Part shown: positions 27,951 through 35,057 of the stretch, piece after piece
How the letters are laid out: each line of letters begins with the position of its first letter
Position numbering within the stretch: the stretch's first letter is position 1
From: a virus
Lineage: Duplodnaviria; Caudoviricetes
IMG/VR virus record: IMGVR_UViG_3300031553_000009
Span: 1 to 42,095 of that record
Length of the DNA stretch: 42,095 nt
Reading direction: 5' to 3' (one strand)
The notes under the pieces: generated by a model
What the model saw: the letters and a program-made list of their open reading frames with translations, nothing else
The model's database searches: none
What the model was told of the DNA's origin: nothing
Translations under genes and position numbers: made by a program

Positions 27951-28718
27951 CTATTCAAACAAAGCCTTCTGTCCTATTCTTTGCTCGTTAACAGGAACGC
28001 CTGTTTCTACAGCCCTGAGACGCTGTCGGGCGATTTCGCAGTATTCTGGGGATATATCTATGCCGATGTATTTACGGCCAAGCATCTTTGCAGCCACACA
28101 GGTTGTACCTGAACCACAGAATGGGTCAAGAATAATATGCTCCGGTCCCGAGCAAGCAGCGATTGCCCGTCTTGGTAACTCTACAGGAAATGTACAAGGG
28201 TGCTCATTATTGTTCGCGTTTGGTGCTATTCGCCAGATATTTCCGCCATCGTAACCATTCCATATAATAGGACGATTTAATTGATAAATCCTTTCTTCTT
28301 GCGGACACCAGCGTGGCCAATTTCCCGCCCCAGGTATTCCCCTATCCCATATTATTTCACACCACAACAGAAAACCATGAATTAATTGATATGGGTGATA
28401 TGTTTCGCCACGCCTCTTTATTCCATAACGGATTTTATGATTGTAAAAAACGCTACCTTTGCATATTCGAATCAACTCAGTCAAGATTTTCCGTTGCCAT
28501 TCTCGATACTCTGATTCCGGCCGGGCATCATCATACCAATAAGCCTGCCGTTGCTGATGTGATTTATACTGCCTGCCCTGATTAGGTCCACCACTTGTGT
28601 ACTCACGGATCAAATTATATGGGGGAGAGGTAAAAACTAAATCCACGTATTTATCCGGCCAATCTTTCATCACTTCTGAGCAATCACCACAAACAATCTG
28701 ATTTACTGGCAAATCCAT
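27951..28718 (-). CDS. Orphan DNA methyltransferase, beta class (m4C/m6A)
   Basis: DLVFTSPPY; HPCTFP; ILDPFCGSGTT; YIGIDIS. Confidence 0.95.
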   Translation of the reverse strand: MDLPVNQIVCGDCSEVMKDWPDKYVDLVFTSPPYNLIREYTSGGPNQGRQYKSHQQRQAYWYDDARPESEYREWQRKILTELIRICKGSVFYNHKIRYGIKRRGETYHPYQLIHGFLLWCEIIWDRGIPGAGNWPRWCPQEERIYQLNRPIIWNGYDGGNIWRIAPNANNNEHPCTFPVELPRRAIAACSGPEHIILDPFCGSGTTCVAAKMLGRKYIGIDISPEYCEIARQRLRAVETGVPVNEQRIGQKALFE

Positions 28719-29155
28719 TATCTATTGGTCTCTAAATATCGCTTGAGGTCGAGGCTTGGGCGCTTCCCAGCCGCTATCTCATCTATTTCCCGTTGCGTAC
28801 ACGGATTAGTCGCGCTCGGTTTTATCTTTTGTGGGAACGGTAAATCCCAGTTTTCGACAATTAAGTTCCAGTTGATCTCGTCAGGTTTGGCATCAGCAAA
28901 GCCGATCCGCATAATATCTGCAAACTGCTTTTGTATGTGAGGGTAAAGCAAAATCTTCGGGCCTGATTGGGCAAGAAGGATATTTGGTGGGTAAGTATTC
29001 CTTAACCAATCGTGGACGGCACAATTTATACACAGACCTTTAGGCTCTTTAGACAGACGCAACATCTTCGCCTTTGAGTTTCGCGGCCCAACTACTTTGC
29101 AATAGGCTTTGCACCGTTCGCAGCAAATGATGATCTGTGTTACTGGTAAATCCAT
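28718..29155 (-). CDS. Hypothetical Cys-containing protein
   Basis: CERC...LCINC; shares its start with the methyltransferase. Confidence 0.7.
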   Translation of the reverse strand: MDLPVTQIIICCERCKAYCKVVGPRNSKAKMLRLSKEPKGLCINCAVHDWLRNTYPPNILLAQSGPKILLYPHIQKQFADIMRIGFADAKPDEINWNLIVENWDLPFPQKIKPSATNPCTQREIDEIAAGKRPSLDLKRYLETNR

Positions 29156-29156
29156 G

Positions 29157-29507
29157 CTATTTTGGCTCCACGGTCAATTTAACCTCAAATCGCTCTGTGC
29201 CTGGATTTGGTATTGATATGACCTTTGTTACGGGCGAACCTGAGTTTGTCGATGATCCGATAATTTGACCCGTTGCAGAACGGCTTAATTTTGAAGTATT
29301 AGTCGGTCTATGAGCACGCCAAGGGATTTTTTGATAAGGTCGATATAGGTGTAACGAGCAAGTAATATCAGAGCAGTACCTTATTGCTTTAATATAGCCC
29401 GCCATACAATCCAAGCATTTAAGTTTAATTGCACTGATCGGTGACCGGCCTGTCATGGCCTTGTCGTAAATTCCTCGATATTTTGGAGGATAATCTTCGC
29501 GTCCCAT
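29157..29507 (-). CDS. Phage zinc-binding hypothetical protein
   Basis: AIKLKCLDC...IRYC....CSLH.YRP. Confidence 0.7.
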   Translation of the reverse strand: MGREDYPPKYRGIYDKAMTGRSPISAIKLKCLDCMAGYIKAIRYCSDITCSLHLYRPYQKIPWRAHRPTNTSKLSRSATGQIIGSSTNSGSPVTKVISIPNPGTERFEVKLTVEPK

Positions 29508-29513
29508 AGTGCT

Positions 29514-29600
29514 TTAACCTTTCAGCATCTTCGCCTTCGGCAAGTCCTTTATGATTTATAGGCAGTCGCCACAAATTATTTGATTTACTGGTAAAGCCAT
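29514..29600 (-). pseudogene. Truncated methyltransferase 5' fragment
   Basis: MALPVNQIICGDCL*IIKDLP mirrors the methyltransferase N-terminus MDLPVNQIVCGDCSEVMKDWP, with a stop where Glu is expected. Confidence 0.75.
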
Positions 29601-29753
29601 TTACTTTTCTGTGCCTAAAACATCTTCAACTAACTTATCGGGCAACCTGTGCCTTTCTATCTCGGATAAGACCTCTTTGTCGAGAGCGCGTATAGCCTTT
29701 CTTGCTCTGTAAAATTCAATAAAAGGCTTCAGTATAAACTTAAATAATTTCAT
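29601..29753 (-). CDS. Small hypothetical protein (MKIIFKFILKP...)
   Basis: Open frame filling the gap; boundaries approximate. Confidence 0.45.
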   Translation of the reverse strand: MKLFKFILKPFIEFYRARKAIRALDKEVLSEIERHRLPDKLVEDVLGTEK

Positions 29754-29759
29754 ATTGAT

Positions 29760-30161
29760 TTAGTCCTCTTTTCGTTCCTCGAAATGTTTACAGGCTGGAC
29801 GTTGAAATGACCTTAGAACATCATCAATTTTTTTAATATAACTATCTACGAAAAGCAGCATAAATGATTGCGATTCCGGGTTAAAACAGGTGTTGACATG
29901 CACATTTTCTCTCAAATCAATCACATTTGAAAACCGACAATCATAACACTTATGTTGCTCAATCACGTTTTTTATCAGTTCATCGTTTGTGTTATTAAAT
30001 TGCTCAGTCATTGAGTTTTTTATACAAGCCTCCCAGCCTGCTATAAAAGCCATTTCGAGACGATTGAGAAGATATTGTCCGGAAGTTAAGCCTTTACAAC
30101 AAAATTTACCTTCATCGCTTGCTAACCATTTATCTCTGGCTTTGGCTAAATCTGATTTCAT
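29760..30161 (-). CDS. Hypothetical protein with C-terminal Cys cluster
   Basis: AFIAGW; CYDCRF...C...ACKHFE. Confidence 0.65.
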   Translation of the reverse strand: MKSDLAKARDKWLASDEGKFCCKGLTSGQYLLNRLEMAFIAGWEACIKNSMTEQFNNTNDELIKNVIEQHKCYDCRFSNVIDLRENVHVNTCFNPESQSFMLLFVDSYIKKIDDVLRSFQRPACKHFEERKED

Positions 30162-30529
30162 ATTTCTGTCCTAATTTTTTCTGATAATTGATTTATAAGT
30201 TGACTGGTTTGTTTTTTTGTATGTTGTCTGATAACTTTCTCAGTCTTTTCCTTGTAATCAAATAGAGGACCAATAGGAGGCTCCTTTGGAGTGGCGTAAA
30301 GTATTCGCAATTGTTTATGCTCATAAAAAATTGCCAGCCATTGACGCTTATAAAGTGATTTGATTAGCCGTTGAACAGTTCGTGGATGAAATTTGAGGTC
30401 TTTCGCTAATTGCCGAGAACTTTTATAACAGCCTGAATCTCCCCATCTTGTTATTTCACACAAGAGCAAGGCATCATTTCGACTAAGATCGGGATGTGAA
30501 AAATACCAGTCTCTCGAAGAATCTAACAT
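30158..30529 (-). CDS. Winged-HTH replication initiator-like protein
   Basis: LS....LLL.EI......GCYKS.RQLA..L...PRTVQR.IKSL....WL resembles the phage initiator N-domain; adjacent to iterons. Confidence 0.7.
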   Translation of the reverse strand: MLDSSRDWYFSHPDLSRNDALLLCEITRWGDSGCYKSSRQLAKDLKFHPRTVQRLIKSLYKRQWLAIFYEHKQLRILYATPKEPPIGPLFDYKEKTEKVIRQHTKKQTSQLINQLSEKIRTEI

Positions 30530-30539
30530 TTCCGCTCCC

Positions 30540-30698
30540 TAATACTACTCCTACTTATTCTCCTACTACTCTTACTATATGGTACGGCACCACGCCGTAG
30601 GTTATGCGGCACAGTGCCGTAGGTCCTACGGCACTGTGCCGTAGGCTAATTCAAGATTTCACCGCAAATCTAACAGGTTTATCCACAGGTTATCCACC
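30540..30698. promoter_or_regulatory. Putative replication origin: three palindromic iterons (22-bp period), two DnaA boxes, CTACT-rich tract
   Basis: TACGGCACCACGCCGTAGG (30583), TGCGGCACAGTGCCGTAGG (30605), TACGGCACTGTGCCGTAGG (30627); TTATCCACA (30679) and TTATCCACC (30690). Confidence 0.8.
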
Positions 30699-30940
30699 TA
30701 AATTAGTTCTCCTTGAATTGGCTCAAAACTCAATCGACCTACAGTTCCTTCCTTAATCCATTCAATAACCTTTTGTCGCTCATCTTCCGTCAGACTGATA
30801 CCTTCAAAAGATAAACTCTCGCCATTTGATTTGACATTGCAGCTCTTGATTTTAGTCTCTACGACTATTTTCTTTGCCATAATTAGAGTCCTTTCGTAAT
30901 GAGTTTTATAATGCTCCTTTTCTCCTGCCAGGCTGTTCAT
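30698..30940 (-). CDS. Hypothetical protein (start probably at MAKKIVV)
   Basis: ORF in operon. Confidence 0.6.
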   Translation of the reverse strand: MNSLAGEKEHYKTHYERTLIMAKKIVVETKIKSCNVKSNGESLSFEGISLTEDERQKVIEWIKEGTVGRLSFEPIQGELI

Positions 30941-31436
30941 CGGAAATTTGCAAGGGTTTGCCCATATCTATTGGTACTTGTTTGAAAATTCTATGAGCTT
31001 CAATAATGCGGTACACATACTTTTTGCAGGACCAATAATTCTGTGCGCGTCTCTTAGGTATCCGATCAATAACCAGATTTATTTTGGCTTTTGGGTAAGC
31101 CTTGCTTATTTGCCGAAATCTCGTTACATCGCGGCGCTCAATATAACCTTTACATTCGTACCATTCTTTCTGACCCTTTTGATCCTGTGTTACAAAATCC
31201 AGAAGATAGCCTTTGCCAAAAGGAGACATTATGAAACGGCAATCCGGGCTTTCATATTCCCAGCTAACTATATGGCCAGCCTGAACAAGAAATTCCAGAT
31301 ATTGAGCCCAGCGATATTCAAGAAGGCTCTCAAAATGATATGCTTTACCGCCTACCATCGCATCACAACGATAGTTTTTATAATCTTTGCTTATCCGTGC
31401 CATTTTTGAAATCAAATGGCGGTTTAACCATCCCAC
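30906..31436 (-). CDS. PD-(D/E)XK endonuclease (DUF1064 / T7 endonuclease I-like resolvase)
   Basis: FESLLEYRWA.YL...WEYE...YLLDF...WYECKGY. Confidence 0.8.
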   Translation of the reverse strand: MGWLNRHLISKMARISKDYKNYRCDAMVGGKAYHFESLLEYRWAQYLEFLVQAGHIVSWEYESPDCRFIMSPFGKGYLLDFVTQDQKGQKEWYECKGYIERRDVTRFRQISKAYPKAKINLVIDRIPKRRAQNYWSCKKYVYRIIEAHRIFKQVPIDMGKPLQISDEQPGRRKGAL

Positions 31437-31471
31437 CGCCGAAGGTCTTAAGGATAAACAACAATGCCAAA

Positions 31472-32107
31472 TCAGGCATAAATTGGTACTTCTTTCTGAA
31501 AGATATTAACGCCAGGTATTTCAATTTGAGGGATACCTTCTTTATCCCGGGCTGAGAATATCGCCTTGCGGATTTTCGCAGTATCAATTACCTTGTATTC
31601 GTCGGGCACAGCACTTCCATTGATGATTTCAAAGTCCCATTGTTTTCTTATCTTGGTAGTATCCTGTGCCTCAAAAGGTATAGGTTCTTCAACTTTTGTC
31701 GGCTCAAGTTCATAGGTATCGTGTCCTTTTTCAGCATGAGATTCTTGAATTTTGCGGCGTTTCTCATCCCGTTTACGGGCTTCTTCCTCGGCCTTGCGCT
31801 GCTGCTCGGCGATCCGTTGCCGCTCGGCAGCACGCCAATCCATAAGACGCTGCGATAAATTACGTTTGGCATCCTCGACCGGCTCTTTAATCTGCTTGAA
31901 GGTATTGTTTATCTCCTTCAAGGATTTGTTCAGAGGCGCAGTAAAGGATTTGCGTTTCTGCTCAATCATTTTCAGGCCAGCAGTCAGTTTGGTTAAAATC
32001 ATGTTGGCGGCATCTGCCTCATCTTGATTTCTTATCAGATGTCTCTCGGCCAGAACTATGAGACCGTCTCGTTCGACTTGTATTTGTTGAATCGCTTGTT
32101 CGTCCAT
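31472..32107 (-). CDS. Coiled-coil recombination-module protein
   Basis: RK..T.PL.....IN..FK...W.FEI....VP.EY...D...I...IPGV; follows Erf. Confidence 0.7.
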   Translation of the reverse strand: MDEQAIQQIQVERDGLIVLAERHLIRNQDEADAANMILTKLTAGLKMIEQKRKSFTAPLNKSLKEINNTFKQIKEPVEDAKRNLSQRLMDWRAAERQRIAEQQRKAEEEARKRDEKRRKIQESHAEKGHDTYELEPTKVEEPIPFEAQDTTKIRKQWDFEIINGSAVPDEYKVIDTAKIRKAIFSARDKEGIPQIEIPGVNIFQKEVPIYA

Positions 32108-32747
32108 CTTTTTGTCCTTTCGTTAATTGAAAACTACCGAAGTAATCTTTTACAGCTTGTACTACTTCTTCAGGCGAGTGAGCCGACCCAAAGACATTTT
32201 GGGCCTCTTTCTTAACTAAGTCTTTATAATCCGGTGGCTGCGGCCAGCTTGCATTAAAAGTTTCCAGTAGGGCCTGCTTGAGAGCAAGTGTTTGCGCAGT
32301 ATTGGCCGCCCATTGGCCGTTACTTCCTAAGCCGGAACCAGTGATAATCTCAGAATAACCGGTGTCCACATCGGTAAGCTTAAATTTGACGTGGATCATA
32401 TATGCGTTCTTTCCAAGCACAGCGGTCTTTTCTATGGGGATACAAGTTAAACCCAACTCCCTCATAGTTTGACCGTAGGCGCTGAAAACCTCTGCGGCCT
32501 CGGTGTAAGCATACTCATTACCATCTAAATCTACTCCCCGACCGGTGCATTGGATCTCCGGATGCTGATTCATTACTTCTAAGATTTTTTGATGGAACCG
32601 GATTTTCATTGCAGTTTCTGATACTCTTGATTCCTGTCTTTTGCTTGACTTCTTTGATTTTCGGGTAGTTTTTTTGGTCTTTTTCTTTAATTTCTTGACC
32701 GATTTTTTGCTTGCCATTGAAATACCTTTCTGAGTCTTTTTTCGCAA
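32019..32747 (-). CDS. erf: Erf-family single-strand annealing protein (start probably at MASKK)
   Basis: YAYT..AEV...GL...TDVDTG...G.G....AANTAQTLALKQALL.TF. Confidence 0.75.
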   Translation of the reverse strand: MRKKTQKGISMASKKSVKKLKKKTKKTTRKSKKSSKRQESRVSETAMKIRFHQKILEVMNQHPEIQCTGRGVDLDGNEYAYTEAAEVFSAYGQTMRELGLTCIPIEKTAVLGKNAYMIHVKFKLTDVDTGYSEIITGSGLGSNGQWAANTAQTLALKQALLETFNASWPQPPDYKDLVKKEAQNVFGSAHSPEEVVQAVKDYFGSFQLTKGQKDGRTSDSTNTSRTRRSHSSGRETSDKKSR

Positions 32748-32914
32748 TCCTTAAGAACTTGTTTCAATTCAGAATGATGGTTACTGTAAAAACCTGGAAT
32801 CCAAATAATGTCTATCTTATGTTGAGCTATATCGTCGCGACTAAGTCTTGTCAGCCGAAGCGACTTATGGTCCAAAGTAAATTTGAGTCTTTCTAATATA
32901 TTTACCATTTCCAC
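32687..32914 (-). CDS. Hypothetical protein
   Basis: ORF in operon. Confidence 0.5.
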   Translation of the reverse strand: MEMVNILERLKFTLDHKSLRLTRLSRDDIAQHKIDIIWIPGFYSNHHSELKQVLKDCEKRLRKVFQWQAKNRSRN

Positions 32915-33222
32915 TGTTCACCTTTTTGCTTAATCTCCTTCCAGAAAGTACTTTTTTCAAGTGTCACTATCTGATAGATATTGCCTCCATCTCGACCTTC
33001 TATCTTATCCACCATCAAACCAAAAAATTTAAGGGCATGGCGGATTTCGTTTATCCTGGCGTTATACTGGCAAGCGATGGATGCGGCTTGTTGTGTTGTA
33101 ACCGGCCCCAACTTTAGAAGATTATAGATCTCAAGAGCCTGCCTTGATAAGCGCAGCTCGTCTTTTTCCTTCACCGAAGGATTCAAAGTGATTTCAGTTA
33201 GTAGCATTTGACGGGCTGTCAT
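32902..33222 (-). CDS. Winged-HTH protein
   Basis: Q...IY.LL..GPVT..QA...YNARINEIR...G......IY. Confidence 0.7.
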   Translation of the reverse strand: MTARQMLLTEITLNPSVKEKDELRLSRQALEIYNLLKLGPVTTQQAASIACQYNARINEIRHALKFFGLMVDKIEGRDGGNIYQIVTLEKSTFWKEIKQKGEQWKW

Positions 33223-33509
33223 TTTTTCTCCGCTTTGAAGTATTTTGCTGCCTGATAATTACAGAAGGCGCGTTCGGTTTTAGGTCCCCAGATGCCGTCT
33301 ATCTTGCCATGATAATAGCCGAGTTCTTTGAGTGCCTCTTGAGTTTCACTGATAGATTTAGGGACATTTTGACAATCGCAATAGCCTTGATAATAACCTT
33401 CAGTGTAGACTTCTCTTTGTGAGTAGCTTATATACTCATATAGTCTGCCTGTCCCTAAAATGAAAGTTATGCCGAAAACCACACAGATTATTAGTTTTGT
33501 GATTCGCAT
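33219..33509 (-). CDS. Membrane-anchored peptidoglycan-binding domain protein
   Basis: N-terminal TM; QEALKELGYYHGKIDGIWGPKTERA matches PG_binding_1. Confidence 0.85.
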   Translation of the reverse strand: MRITKLIICVVFGITFILGTGRLYEYISYSQREVYTEGYYQGYCDCQNVPKSISETQEALKELGYYHGKIDGIWGPKTERAFCNYQAAKYFKAEKK

Positions 33510-33685
33510 TGATTTATCGCATTATTATCCGATTTGGTCATATCGTGTTTCGTGTCATCGAGAATCTTTAATATCGTTCTCACTGCCCATTTTGCTCCGC
33601 GCACCATTCCCTTTTCAAAAGGAGTTTGGTTCGCGGGATTAGCGGTTATCTCTAAATCATCAATTACATATCTACCTTCAGACAT
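33491..33685 (-). CDS. Hypothetical protein
   Basis: SD and ORF. Confidence 0.55.
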   Translation of the reverse strand: MSEGRYVIDDLEITANPANQTPFEKGMVRGAKWAVRTILKILDDTKHDMTKSDNNAINQCESQN

Positions 33686-33702
33686 TTTGGCTCTCTCCTA
33701 TC

Positions 33703-33888
33703 TCAGCCATTCGGGTAAATCATTCGCTCAAATTCTCTTTCTTCGTCTCTTTGTGCGTTGAATCTCTGAACAGACAAATAGAAGTCTCTTGTTTCCCGCG
33801 GGTCTACATGATGTCCCAAATTACTCTGACAATTCTCAGTTCTTGCTCTTTTTACTCTGTTCACAATCATCCTGTGCATCAGTTTCAT
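33703..33888 (-). CDS. Small protein, paralog B (HHVDPRETRDFYLS core)
   Basis: Shares a 28-aa core with 33962..34150. Confidence 0.6.
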   Translation of the reverse strand: MKLMHRMIVNRVKRARTENCQSNLGHHVDPRETRDFYLSVQRFNAQRDEEREFERMIYPNG

Positions 33889-34072
33889 TTGACTATTAGT
33901 TTTCCTAATCTACCAAGCAGGAATTATATTGTTAAAGATGGATGTAAATTTTGTCCGCTTTTTATGTTTGCTGGTTTTGTCTTTCCAGAAATTCTCTTTC
34001 TTCGTCTCTTTGTGCGTTGAATCTTTGTAAAGATAAATAGAAGTCTCTTGTTTCCCGCGGGTCTACATGATG
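33730..34072. repeat. 84-bp direct repeat (33730-33813 and 33989-34072, 4 mismatches)
   Basis: Direct sequence comparison. Confidence 0.95.
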
Positions 34073-34150
34073 CTCCACGCTTTGCTGGACCTTACTTAAC
34101 CGATTCTCACTTCCATTTATCATATTGCAGATTCGTGGTGTCATTTTCAC
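33962..34150 (-). CDS. Small protein, paralog A
   Basis: SD AGGAG; shares the core with paralog B. Confidence 0.6.
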   Translation of the reverse strand: MKMTPRICNMINGSENRLSKVQQSVEHHVDPRETRDFYLSLQRFNAQRDEEREFLERQNQQT

Positions 34151-34206
34151 TTCTCCTGTTCAATTTCCAATAGAAACTCTGCTAATTGGTTTTTTTAATT
34201 CGGTAA

Positions 34207-34563
34207 CTATGGTTGCATGTCCTCTACTATTTCTTCTACTATTTCTTCAATATTTTTAACGCGCTCAATAAAATCAGAAGTTACTTTATTCAAAATCGCT
34301 TTTTTAAGTGATTCTGGCATTGAAGATTTATAGACATGTCCTGCTTCTGTGGTGAAACCAGCCCTGTAGTAAGACCTCGCGAACATATTCTCTTTAATGA
34401 AAGCATCAAGCTCCTTTTCTAAGTTTTCTTTTATTGGATAATATGGCTTGAAAACTTCCTCTATTTCCTTTCCAATTTTTCCTAGCTTTTCAATGATTAA
34501 TTTAAGCTCTCGTTCAAGTAACTTTTCTTCTATTTGATTTGTTGTAATATTTTTTTCTGCCAT
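34207..34563 (-). CDS. Hypothetical helical protein
   Basis: AAAGGAG SD precedes MAEKN at 34563. Confidence 0.65.
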   Translation of the reverse strand: MAEKNITTNQIEEKLLERELKLIIEKLGKIGKEIEEVFKPYYPIKENLEKELDAFIKENMFARSYYRAGFTTEAGHVYKSSMPESLKKAILNKVTSDFIERVKNIEEIVEEIVEDMQP

Positions 34564-34676
34564 AATTTCTCCTTTACTAATCTTTATGGTTTTCAAAAAG
34601 GCGGCGACCATCCTTGGTTATCCTTTCGAGTCCGTTACGCTGCCGCCTTAAAAGTGAGGGAAATCGGGCCCACAAA

Positions 34677-34749
34677 TAGCGGGGGCAGGACTCGAACCTG
34701 CGACCTTCTGGTTATGGGCCAGACGAGCTGCCATCTGCTCTACCCCGCG
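34677..34749 (-). tRNA. tRNA-Met(CAT), initiator-type; CCA not encoded
   Basis: CGCGGGG acceptor with C1:U72 mismatch, D arm GAGC/GCTC, anticodon arm TCTGG-CCCATAA-CCAGA, T arm GCAGG-TTCGAGT-CCTGC. Confidence 0.92.
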
Positions 34750-35008
34750 ATAATTCCTTATTCTTGAAAAAATAGAATGGGGCCAAAGTTCATCCTTGAC
34801 CCCACTCCGGAGGAGGGTGATGAAAAGCTAAAGAAGCATCAATTCTTAAAAAAGCGGTCACGGCAAAGTGAAAAATGTTACAGGAGTTCTTTCGAATATG
34901 CGGTTGGATTTGTGCAACAGGAACCGTGACCGCAGGAGGGTAACCCAGCAAAATGAATTGTTGCTTGCAATCTGTTAAGCTGGGTGACGTATTACGTTAT
35001 TTCACAGA

Positions 35009-35057
35009 CGCCTGCTCGACACGCAGGAGGTCACTGGTTCAAGTCCAGTACCGCCCA
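35009..35057 (+). other. attP core: 3' part of tRNA-Val(GAC)
   Basis: CCTGC-TCGACAC-GCAGG anticodon arm, ACTGG-TTCAAGT-CCAGT T arm and ACCGCCCA; no D arm or 5' acceptor; abuts the integrase. Confidence 0.88.

Noticed and set aside
26467-28718. Restriction-modification pair (nuclease + methyltransferase)
   Set aside because: The genes are not adjacent, and the nuclease is MmcB-like, common in phage accessory regions; the methyltransferase is best treated as an orphan.
30580-30650. Palindromic repeats as a mini CRISPR array
   Set aside because: Only 3 nt between repeats (no spacers) and no cas genes; context fits iterons.
33730-34072. 84-bp repeat as a DGR template/variable repeat pair
   Set aside because: No reverse transcriptase in the genome, only 4 differences with one not at adenine, and both copies lie mid-ORF in small paralogs.
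35009-35057. Complete second tRNA gene
   Set aside because: Lacks the D arm and 5' acceptor strand; interpreted as attP.
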